Source of the DNA: Iningainema tapete BLCC-T55
GTDB lineage: Bacteria; Cyanobacteriota; Cyanobacteriia; Cyanobacteriales; Nostocaceae
NCBI RefSeq assembly: GCF_014698965.1
Contig: NZ_JACXAE010000061.1
Span: 8,580 to 72,579 of the forward strand
Direction of reading: 5' to 3'
DNA length: 64,000 nt
Part shown: positions 55,204 to 64,000 of the stretch, one piece after another
Layout: every line of letters begins with the position of its first letter
How positions within the stretch are numbered: position 1 is the stretch's first letter
Position numbers and translations under genes: made by a program
The notes under the pieces: model-generated
What the model was told of the DNA's origin: nothing
The model's input: the letters and a program-made list of their open reading frames with translations, nothing else
Databases searched by the model: none

Positions 55204-56331
55204 TTAGAGTCGTTGCTGCAGTATAGCTCGAAGTTCATTCTGCTCTTGGATAGAGCCAGCAAGCAAGATGCTAATTTTGCCAACTAGAATACAACCCCAG
55301 TTGACAAGCACAACACCAGTATTGCTTTGGGCATTAAACTCAATATCACTCAGATTTATTTGCTCAAGGGAGCGATATTTTGTGATAAAAGTTTCGCAAC
55401 TCCAGCTTGGGATCTTAAGTTTCTTAGCAATACCTGTAGGATAGGATGCACCATTAAAGCGCGGATTGCACTCAATTGCTAGATAACGAGTTTTTGCTGC
55501 ATCTTCAACAACCGCAACATCAAAAGCAAATACCTCCTTCATCCCTTGTTGCATCATCCACTTGGCTATTGGTTCAACAGTTTCCCAAGGTTGATGCTTA
55601 CTAGGATAGCGATTACCAACATGAACGCAACCATTAAGGATCTGGGAAGTTACTGCAACACGTTGGAGTTCCGACGCTGTAACACGATATTGCAAATTTA
55701 AAAAACTAGAAGCGGCAATCTCTTCTTGAATTTGCAAAGGTACATGCTCCCAAAGCGTTTGCACAAAAGAACCTAGCTGCTGCTCGTTTTCACATCGACT
55801 AATACCAATACCATTAACAGAAAAGGCAAGTTTGAGATAACACGGATAAGGAAATTGAGTTAAGTCTTCAATAGCTCCCTTGTTTTCAAAACAAAACGTT
55901 TTCGGAACGCTAACTCCAAGCTCTTGTGCAAGCAGTATAAAATTGTTCTTGGAGTTCATCAATTTAACTACATTAAACCACTCAGGATCAATTCGATTAA
56001 ACCAATCAGCCGCATAACTGTCTGGGCAGACACAATCACCAAAGTAGAAAACAGAAATATTGCAGTTTTTGTTAGCCAATACTCCCAGCGAGGCATCCCA
56101 GATAATATTTTGGCTGTAATTTAAACCGATACGTGAATAGTGAGAAGTAATTGCATCCCATTGTGACTTTAAATCCAGATGTAACTGGATCATGTCTTCT
56201 GGTTCAGTTAGACCTAGCGCCCTACTAGAATAAAGATGATGACCAAGTACAAGCTCATGGGTACAGGTCAGAATATCATGGTTGAAAATTGTCTGGCGAA
56301 TCACTTTTAAATCTCCGTTAACAAAGCACAA
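55204..56331 (-). CDS. ATP-grasp domain enzyme (carboxylate-amine ligase-like)
   Basis: PYPCYLKLAFSVNGIGI and AFDVAVVEDAAKTRYLAIECNPRFNGA are characteristic of the ATP-grasp B/C subdomains. Confidence 0.55.
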   Translation of the reverse strand: MCFVNGDLKVIRQTIFNHDILTCTHELVLGHHLYSSRALGLTEPEDMIQLHLDLKSQWDAITSHYSRIGLNYSQNIIWDASLGVLANKNCNISVFYFGDCVCPDSYAADWFNRIDPEWFNVVKLMNSKNNFILLAQELGVSVPKTFCFENKGAIEDLTQFPYPCYLKLAFSVNGIGISRCENEQQLGSFVQTLWEHVPLQIQEEIAASSFLNLQYRVTASELQRVAVTSQILNGCVHVGNRYPSKHQPWETVEPIAKWMMQQGMKEVFAFDVAVVEDAAKTRYLAIECNPRFNGASYPTGIAKKLKIPSWSCETFITKYRSLEQINLSDIEFNAQSNTGVVLVNWGCILVGKISILLAGSIQEQNELRAILQQRL

Positions 56332-56624
56332 AGATTTTCCTCTACACGCAGACTCTCAAACTACTGCTTTCTTGTGAAAGCAGTAGTCATATCTTATAGA
56401 TATACTGTTTAAACATTAACACGAAGTAACAACTGAGTTAAGCATTTACTTTGGAACCGCTTATAAACATAACGCTCTTTATGTACTTAGTTTTTAATTT
56501 AACATTATATACTAGTCAAAGTAAAGACTTAAGTTAGTAGCGCAGTTGTAGTAAATAAATGCTAGTCTATATCTGCTCATAGGGTCGAGTTTAAATACCT
56601 TTTAGTTGTCTTGTACATATTAAG

Positions 56625-57686
56625 TTGATGAAGCTAGAGCGAAGTCCTGTTTACGAAACCCAACTTGGTGCTGCTTATCTAGGAGATACTTTGGAGCTAA
56701 TAAAGTTGATTCCTGATGAAAGTGTTGATTTAATTTGTACTTCTCCACCATTTGCGCTTGTGCGTAAGAAAGATTATGGTAATGTCGATGCTGATGAATA
56801 TATACAGTGGTTTTCAGCGTTTGCAACACATTTCTATCGTGTTCTCAAGCCTAAAGGTTCTCTTGTAATTGACATTGGCGGTAGCTGGATCAAAGGTAAT
56901 CCTGTTCGCTCTCTTTACCATTTTGAACTTGTTGTTCATTTATGTAAACCTCAAAATAGGGGTGGATTAGGTTTTTACCTTGCGCAAGAACTTTACTGGT
57001 ATAACCCAGCTAAGCTACCTACACCAGCCGAATGGGTGACAGTTCGTAGAGAACGAGTTAAGGATGCAGTTAACAATGTTTGGTGGCTGTCTAAAGATCC
57101 TCATCCAAAAGCTAACAATCGTAGAGTACTAAAACCTTATAGTGATGCAATGAAAAATTTACTTAAAAATGGCTATGATCCTAAATTAAGACCCTCCGGA
57201 CATGATATATCAAATAAATTTCGTAACGATCGCGGCGGTGCAATACCTCCAAATATTATTGATGCCCACGAAGATTTGAATAGAGAAATTGGCGCTCCAG
57301 TTCGAGTAGAGCCAGAAGAAGTTGGCGATGAATCTATTCAACCTGTTAACGTCATTGCCGCTTCTAATACATCTTCAAATGACTATTATTTGAGAAGATG
57401 TAAACAGGAAGGGCTAAAACCTCATCCTGCGCGTTTTCCTCCATCTTTGCCCGAATTTGTCATCAACCTTTGTACTGAACCAGGAGATTTAGTTTTAGAA
57501 CCCTTTGCTGGTTCTAACGTGACTGGGCGTGTTGCAGAGTCTTTACAAAGACACTGGCTAGCCTTTGAAATTGATCAAACTTATCTACAAAGCTCACAAA
57601 TTAGATTTGAGCCTGATGCACCGCCACTTGTTTTTCCATTAGAATACAGTTATACTCAGCTTAACCCGCAGATAAATAAATTTTAA
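56625..57686 (+). CDS. Beta-class N4-cytosine/N6-adenine DNA methyltransferase (SPPF motif), apparently orphan
   Basis: DLICTSPPFAL (motif IV) lies N-terminal and EPFAGSNVTG (motif I, FxGxG) lies C-terminal, which is the beta-class order. No adjacent endonuclease-like ORF. Confidence 0.75.
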   Translation: MMKLERSPVYETQLGAAYLGDTLELIKLIPDESVDLICTSPPFALVRKKDYGNVDADEYIQWFSAFATHFYRVLKPKGSLVIDIGGSWIKGNPVRSLYHFELVVHLCKPQNRGGLGFYLAQELYWYNPAKLPTPAEWVTVRRERVKDAVNNVWWLSKDPHPKANNRRVLKPYSDAMKNLLKNGYDPKLRPSGHDISNKFRNDRGGAIPPNIIDAHEDLNREIGAPVRVEPEEVGDESIQPVNVIAASNTSSNDYYLRRCKQEGLKPHPARFPPSLPEFVINLCTEPGDLVLEPFAGSNVTGRVAESLQRHWLAFEIDQTYLQSSQIRFEPDAPPLVFPLEYSYTQLNPQINKF

Positions 57687-57806
57687 ACAAAAAGAATTAC
57701 CTCTATCAAAAGAGATATTTAACATATAAAATTTAGATTTACGGTTTTTTGAAAAAATATTTACAGTAGAGGCTTTTGACAGTACTCTGAGAAAACAGCT
57801 TCTTCC

Positions 57807-57830
57807 AAGAGGCGATCGCGATCGCCTCTT
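57807..57830. repeat. 24-bp perfect palindrome AAGAGGCGATCGCGATCGCCTCTT containing two overlapping HIP1 sites, between the methyltransferase gene and xfp
   Basis: Direct read. Possible bidirectional terminator or protein-binding site. Confidence 0.5.
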
Positions 57831-57995
57831 CTTAAAATAAAATTATTGTTAAAAATTACCCAGTTAAATGCTTAATTTGCTAACCTTTCAAAAAGGTTAT
57901 TAACCGCATTTGTAAAGATTTCTTTTACACTTGACGATATACAACTAAATTTCACGGGTGAATTCGTCAAAGTCCTTTTGTATTGGAGCATTAAT

Positions 57996-60377
57996 ATGAC
58001 TTTAGCAAGTCCTCCACAGACAAAGCCTTTAACAGAAGAAGAACTACGTAAAATGAACGCCTACTGGCGTGCAGCTAACTACCTTTCTGTTGGGCAAATC
58101 TATCTACAAGACAATCCACTGCTCTTAGAACCACTGAAGATAGAACACGTCAAACCCAGACTTTTAGGACACTGGGGAACAACTCCAGGTCTTAACTTTA
58201 TCTACCTTCACCTCAACCGGGTGATTAAAAAGAATGACCTGGACATGATTTACATTGCAGGTCCCGGTCATGGAGGTCCTGGAATAGTCGCCAACACCTA
58301 TTTAGAAGGGACCTACAGTGCCTACTACCCCAACATCTCCCAAGATGTTGAGGGGATGAAACACCTATTTAAACAGTTTTCTTTCCCAGGTGGTATACCT
58401 AGTCACGTAGCACCGGAAACTCCTGGTTCCATCCACGAAGGTGGTGAACTTGGTTATGCTGTATCTCACGCCTATGGTGCTGCTTTTGACAACCCTAATT
58501 TGATAGTTGCGTGCGTTGTCGGTGACGGAGAAGCGGAAACAGGACCTTTAGCTGCAAGCTGGCACTCAAACAAGTTTCTCAACCCCGTGTATGACGGTGC
58601 GGTACTCCCGATTTTACACCTCAACGGTTACAAAATTGCTAATCCAACAGTGTTGGCACGGTTGAGCCACAAGGAGTTGGAAAGCTTATTTATCGGTTAT
58701 GGCTACAAGCCTTACTTTGTAGAAGGTTCTGAACCGGAAACTGTGCATCAGCTAATGGCGGCAACTTTGGATACTGTGATTCACGAAATCAAAGAAATTC
58801 AAGAAGATGCCCGCACTAATGGTTTCAGCGAACGTCCCCAATGGCCGATGATTATCCTGAGAACCCCTAAAGGTTGGACAGGACCAAAAGAAGTTGATGG
58901 TAAAAAGACAGAAGATTTCTGGCGATCGCACCAAGTTCCCTTTGGCGAACTAGCAGGCAAACCAGAACACCTGACACTTCTAGAACAGTGGATGAAGAGT
59001 TACAAGCCCGAAGAACTCTTCGACGAAAACGGCAAGCTGATTCCAGAATTAGCAGAACTAGCACCCATTGGTCAACGACGCATGGGTGACAATCCCCACG
59101 CCAACGGCGGCGTATTGTTGCATGGTTTGAAACTGCCCAACTTCGAGAATTACGCAGTCGATGTTACAGAAGTTGGCAGAACTGTTGCTGAAGCCACCAA
59201 AGTAACGGCGAAATACCTGCGGGATGTGATGAAACTTAACACACAAAGCCGCAACTTTCGCATCTTCGGTCCCGACGAAACCCAATCAAACCGCTTGGAC
59301 GCTGTATTCGATGTCACAGACCGGACTTGGGTAGCCGAAAAAGTTTCTGACGACGAACACCTGTCTGCCGACGGTCGGGTGATGGAAATCCTCAGTGAAC
59401 ATACTTGCCAAGGATGGTTAGAAGGATACCTCCTGTCAGGTCGTCACGGATTTTTCTCTTGCTACGAGGCATTTATCCACATTATAGACTCAATGTTCAA
59501 CCAGCACGCCAAGTGGCTGAAAACTACCCGGCACATCACCTGGCGTAGACCCATCGCTTCCCTCAACTACCTGCTTACCTCCCACGTTTGGCGACAAGAC
59601 CATAACGGCTTCTCCCACCAAGATCCAGGTTTTATCGATCATGTAGTCAACAAGAAATCAGAAGTAATTCGGGTATATCTGCCACCTGATGCCAATTGCT
59701 TGCTATCGGTGACCGACCATTGTTTGCGCAGCCGTCAATATGTCAATGTCATTATAGCCGGTAAGCAACCTGCGTTGCAATATCTTAACATGGACGCTGC
59801 AATTAAACACTGTACCAAAGGCATTGGTATTTGGGATTGGGCAAGTAATGACCAAGGTGCAGAACCGGATGTAGTCATGGCTTGTGCTGGGGACATTCCC
59901 ACATTAGAAGCCTTAGCTGCTGTAGATATTCTCCGGCAGAACTTCTCAGATTTGAAAGTGCGCTTCGTTAATGTGGTAGACTTGATGGCACTTCAACCAC
60001 AAAGTGAGCATCCCCACGGACTCAGCGATAAAGACTTTGACAGTATTTTCACCACCGACAAGCCGATTATCTTTGCCTTTCATGGCTATCCCTGGTTGAT
60101 TCATCGCCTCACCTACCGCCGTACCAACCACAATAACATTCATGTGCGCGGTTACAAGGAAGAGGGAACAACCACTACACCATTTGATATGGTAGTTCTC
60201 AACGACTTAGACCGCTTTAACTTAGCAGATGACGTAATTGATAGAGTACCCAAACTTGGTTACAAAGCAGCTCATGTTAAGCAAATGCTACATGATAAGC
60301 TAATTGAACACAGACGCTACGTTAACCAGTACGGCGAAGATATGCCGGAAATTCGCGAGTGGAAGTGGCCTTATTAA
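57996..60377 (+). CDS. xfp: Xylulose-5-phosphate/fructose-6-phosphate phosphoketolase
   Basis: XFP N-terminal and TPP-binding signatures ([30 protein letters not shown]..., GDGEAETG). About 790 aa. Start placed at MTLASPP. Confidence 0.85.
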   Translation: MTLASPPQTKPLTEEELRKMNAYWRAANYLSVGQIYLQDNPLLLEPLKIEHVKPRLLGHWGTTPGLNFIYLHLNRVIKKNDLDMIYIAGPGHGGPGIVANTYLEGTYSAYYPNISQDVEGMKHLFKQFSFPGGIPSHVAPETPGSIHEGGELGYAVSHAYGAAFDNPNLIVACVVGDGEAETGPLAASWHSNKFLNPVYDGAVLPILHLNGYKIANPTVLARLSHKELESLFIGYGYKPYFVEGSEPETVHQLMAATLDTVIHEIKEIQEDARTNGFSERPQWPMIILRTPKGWTGPKEVDGKKTEDFWRSHQVPFGELAGKPEHLTLLEQWMKSYKPEELFDENGKLIPELAELAPIGQRRMGDNPHANGGVLLHGLKLPNFENYAVDVTEVGRTVAEATKVTAKYLRDVMKLNTQSRNFRIFGPDETQSNRLDAVFDVTDRTWVAEKVSDDEHLSADGRVMEILSEHTCQGWLEGYLLSGRHGFFSCYEAFIHIIDSMFNQHAKWLKTTRHITWRRPIASLNYLLTSHVWRQDHNGFSHQDPGFIDHVVNKKSEVIRVYLPPDANCLLSVTDHCLRSRQYVNVIIAGKQPALQYLNMDAAIKHCTKGIGIWDWASNDQGAEPDVVMACAGDIPTLEALAAVDILRQNFSDLKVRFVNVVDLMALQPQSEHPHGLSDKDFDSIFTTDKPIIFAFHGYPWLIHRLTYRRTNHNNIHVRGYKEEGTTTTPFDMVVLNDLDRFNLADDVIDRVPKLGYKAAHVKQMLHDKLIEHRRYVNQYGEDMPEIREWKWPY

Positions 60378-60382
60378 CATCG

Positions 60383-60410
60383 TAGAGACGTTCCATGGAA
60401 CGTCTCTACA
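60383..60410. repeat. Palindromic SDR copy (GTAGAGACGTTCCATGGAACGTCTCTAC) 6 nt after the xfp stop
   Basis: Direct read. It belongs to the 10-member palindrome family in this window. Confidence 0.85.
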
Positions 60411-60495
60411 AATTAAACCTTAAAAGATGACTAATCTTATCCGCTTTTGCTTGAATCTACTGTCAAAATCGGGTCAAGAAGATATTTGTAAATTG

Positions 60496-61640
<1,145 letters not shown>

Positions 61641-61807
61641 TTAGGGTTCTCTTATGCAGAAACCGGGTTTTCTCTCGTTACCAGGTGCCAGGTAACGCAG
61701 TCGATGAGGCTCTGCCTCCCACCGTTGAGTGGAGGCAGAGCCTCCTGAATGCATTCCCATGCTGAGCATGGGAACGAGATACAGGGACGAGGTACAGGGG
61801 GGAATTT

Positions 61808-63013
61808 ATGAAGATACTAGTACTAAATGCTGGATCTAGTAGTCAAAAGAGTTGTCTTTATGAGATAACAGGTGACGTATCTAAAGAACCAACTCATCCC
61901 CTTTGGGAGGCGAAAGTAGACTGGACGCATCGTCAAGGTATGGCACAGATTGAGGTGAAAACAGCTAATTGTGAACTACTTGAAGAAATTCCGGTAGATT
62001 CCCGACAGCAAATTATGGCTCATGTGCTAGATACATTGTGGCAAGGTTCCCAAAAGGTGATTAGTCAGCCGTCAGAAATTGATGTGGTGGGACATCGGGT
62101 GGTGCATGGTGGAGAAAAGTACCATGAGAGTGTGGTAATCACTGAAGAGGTGAAAAATGCGATCGCCGATCTTGCTACCCTTGCTCCCGAACACAATCCA
62201 GTTAATTTGGAAGGCATAGAAGCAATTGAGGAACACTTGGGAGCAGTCACCCAAGTTGCTGTTTTTGATACCGCCTTTCATGCACGTATGCCTGATGCAG
62301 CAGCAATCTATCCCGGTCCCTACGAGTGGGTAGACCAAGGTATCCGACGCTACGGGTTTCATGGGATCAGTCATCAGTACTGCGCTGGGCGTGCTGCGCA
62401 AATCCTTGGTAAAGATTTAGCATCTCTACGTTTAATTAATTGTCATCTCGGTAACGGCTGTTCTTTAGCAGCGATTCAAAATGGTCGTAGCATTGACACT
62501 ACTATGGGATTCACTCCTTTAGATGGACTGATGATGGGTAGTCGTTCTGGTGCTGTTGACCCCAGTATTCTCATTCACCTTTTGCGGCAATCCGATTATA
62601 CAGCAGACAAGCTCAACAATGTTCTCAATCGCGCTTCCGGTTTGCGAGGAATTTCTGGTATATCTAATGATATGCGTGAGGTAAAGCGTGCAATGAGCGA
62701 GGGTAACTCCCGCGCTCAACTGGCATGGGATATGTTTATTCATCGTTTGCGATTTTACATTGGTGCAATGATACCCAGTTTGGGGGGATTAGATGCTTTA
62801 GTATTTACCGCAGGTATAGGAGAAAACGATCTTGATGTTCGTGCCGCAGCATGTGAAGCTTTTGCATTTTTGGGACTGAAAATTGATCCCGAAAAAAATC
62901 GGCACAAACCTGTTGATATAGATATAGCTACCCCTGACTCTACAGTAAGGGTACTGGTAATTCATACGCAAGAAGATTGGGCGATCGCTCTTGAATGTTG
63001 GCGACTCCATTGA
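61808..63013 (+). CDS. ackA: Acetate kinase
   Basis: MKILVLNAGSSS N-terminus, the HLGNG motif, the GFTPLDGLMMGSRSG region, and a length of about 400 aa. Confidence 0.85.
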   Translation: MKILVLNAGSSSQKSCLYEITGDVSKEPTHPLWEAKVDWTHRQGMAQIEVKTANCELLEEIPVDSRQQIMAHVLDTLWQGSQKVISQPSEIDVVGHRVVHGGEKYHESVVITEEVKNAIADLATLAPEHNPVNLEGIEAIEEHLGAVTQVAVFDTAFHARMPDAAAIYPGPYEWVDQGIRRYGFHGISHQYCAGRAAQILGKDLASLRLINCHLGNGCSLAAIQNGRSIDTTMGFTPLDGLMMGSRSGAVDPSILIHLLRQSDYTADKLNNVLNRASGLRGISGISNDMREVKRAMSEGNSRAQLAWDMFIHRLRFYIGAMIPSLGGLDALVFTAGIGENDLDVRAAACEAFAFLGLKIDPEKNRHKPVDIDIATPDSTVRVLVIHTQEDWAIALECWRLH

Positions 63014-63068
63014 TGGATATTTTGCACCACATAGCATATACTCAGCGTAAAATCTTTTATTCCCAACC

Positions 63069-63329
63069 ATGAAAATCACCAATCAGATTCTACTAGCCTG
63101 TCCCGCATTGATGTTGATGGTATCCTTAGCCAATCCAGCATTAGCATCTGAGGGGACTACACCTGCTACATCAACTGAAGCGGAAACTGCACAACCACGC
63201 CAACTAACACCGAAGACTGAAAAGCCAAACCCAATTAAAGAGCAAATGGGTTGCAATTGTGGTAATTGTGTTCAAGCGAGAATGCAATTACAAGGCAAAC
63301 TGCCACCAAGAACGAAAATTATAACATAA
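63069..63329 (+). CDS. Small secreted protein (signal peptide; NCGNC motif)
   Basis: Signal peptide ...ALASEG and a short mature peptide. No family recognised. Confidence 0.3.
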   Translation: MKITNQILLACPALMLMVSLANPALASEGTTPATSTEAETAQPRQLTPKTEKPNPIKEQMGCNCGNCVQARMQLQGKLPPRTKIIT

Positions 63330-63473
63330 AAGCACGCAAATCAACATTCTTTAGCGCTCTTCTTCGCGTCTTTGCGCCTTAGCGTGAGGCAAAAAAGATC
63401 TATTTATCTAAAAATAGCTGTAAAGTGGGACTTCTGGGCAGGTTAAATTGAATATGCATAACGAAACAAAATT

Positions 63474-64000
63474 ATGTTTCCCCAATCCCACTCCCGCTCT
63501 CACCATGATCTTCTCCGGCAGCTTGCTACTCTAGCGGCAATTGTCGGTGCTTTTGTTGTCAACGTTCTGTCCAACATCTTTCCGTTCAATGGATTGAGTA
63601 TCGGTGAAATATCTAACAGTGTATTTAAGAACGTCCTCATTACTCCTGCCAACTATGCCTTTGCAATTTGGGGATTGATTTACCTTGGTTTATTCGCTTT
63701 CGGAATTTACCAAGTTTTACCCTCTCACAGACACGATTCTGATTTACGCAAAATAGGATACTTTATAGTTCTTGCTTGTTTAGCGCAAATTATCTGGGTT
63801 TACCTATTCCTAGCTCGGCTTTTTTTACTTTCTGTTTTGGCAATGCTAGGAATTCTGCTACCTTTGATTGCTGTGTATTTGCGGTTGGGGATTGGCATCA
63901 ACCCTGTAACCCGGAGCAAAAAATGGTGCGTTCACATTCCCATCAGCATCTATCTTGGTTGGATTGCTGTTGCAACTGTGGTAAATGTGGCATGTGCTTT
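63474..64000 (+). CDS. Polytopic membrane protein, possibly TspO/MBR (tryptophan-rich sensory protein)-like; 3' end outside the window
   Basis: Open frame from the ATG at 63474 to the window end. Hydrophobic helices with a NYAFAIWGLIYLG / IYLGWIAVATVVN pattern resemble the TspO TM1/TM5 motifs. Confidence 0.35.
   Translation, partial: MFPQSHSRSHHDLLRQLATLAAIVGAFVVNVLSNIFPFNGLSIGEISNSVFKNVLITPANYAFAIWGLIYLGLFAFGIYQVLPSHRHDSDLRKIGYFIVLACLAQIIWVYLFLARLFLLSVLAMLGILLPLIAVYLRLGIGINPVTRSKKWCVHIPISIYLGWIAVATVVNVACA

Overview
The window looks like a chromosomal segment from a heterocyst-forming (Nostocales-type) cyanobacterium. Three things point that way: the octamer GCGATCGC (HIP1) is very frequent, there are many tandem heptamer (STRR-like) tracts (TTAACTG/TTAATTG/CTCCTGA/TTTTGGA), and a ~30-bp perfect-palindrome small dispersed repeat (GTAGAGACG..CGTCTCTAC) occurs 10 times. 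Gene content from 5' to 3': a chorismate-utilising enzyme C-terminus; the molybdate uptake genes modA and a fused modBC, with a divergent RHH-Mop candidate regulator; a PEP-CTERM-like secreted beta-propeller; a DUF411 protein; Tat-PhoD; a DUF1993 protein; an AT-rich islet with a HEPN-like protein; a minus-strand polysaccharide/lipid-sugar modification cluster (methyltransferase, CE4 deacetylase, GT2, methyltransferase, GT-C-like membrane protein) plus a MenE-like ligase; a truncated paralog fragment of the beta-propeller gene; dprA and a truncated DPPY methylase; a DevBCA-type tripartite ABC exporter with a TetR regulator; an atypical kinase; a tandem pair of unusual tRNA genes; an SPFH protein; cysK; a small operon around a luciferase-like monooxygenase; a nucleotidyltransferase-HTH two-gene module; a membrane protein with a GGC-repeat tail; and the uptake-hydrogenase region. 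In the hydrogenase region the maturation genes run hypB, hypA, hypE, then a 4-gene insertion, then hypD, hypC, hypF, then conserved upstream ORFs (NHL protein, two small membrane proteins, TPR protein), and the structural genes hupS-hupL lie divergent to them. After hupL come an ATP-grasp enzyme, an orphan N4/N6 DNA methylase, and an xfp-gap-ackA phosphoketolase/acetate module. The most notable observations are repeat elements embedded in-frame in coding sequences (hypF, modBC, a methyltransferase), the NTase-HTH pair, the HEPN-like islet, the RHH-Mop regulator with its palindromic operator, and a 9-mer-based motif repeated in every hyp intergenic junction.
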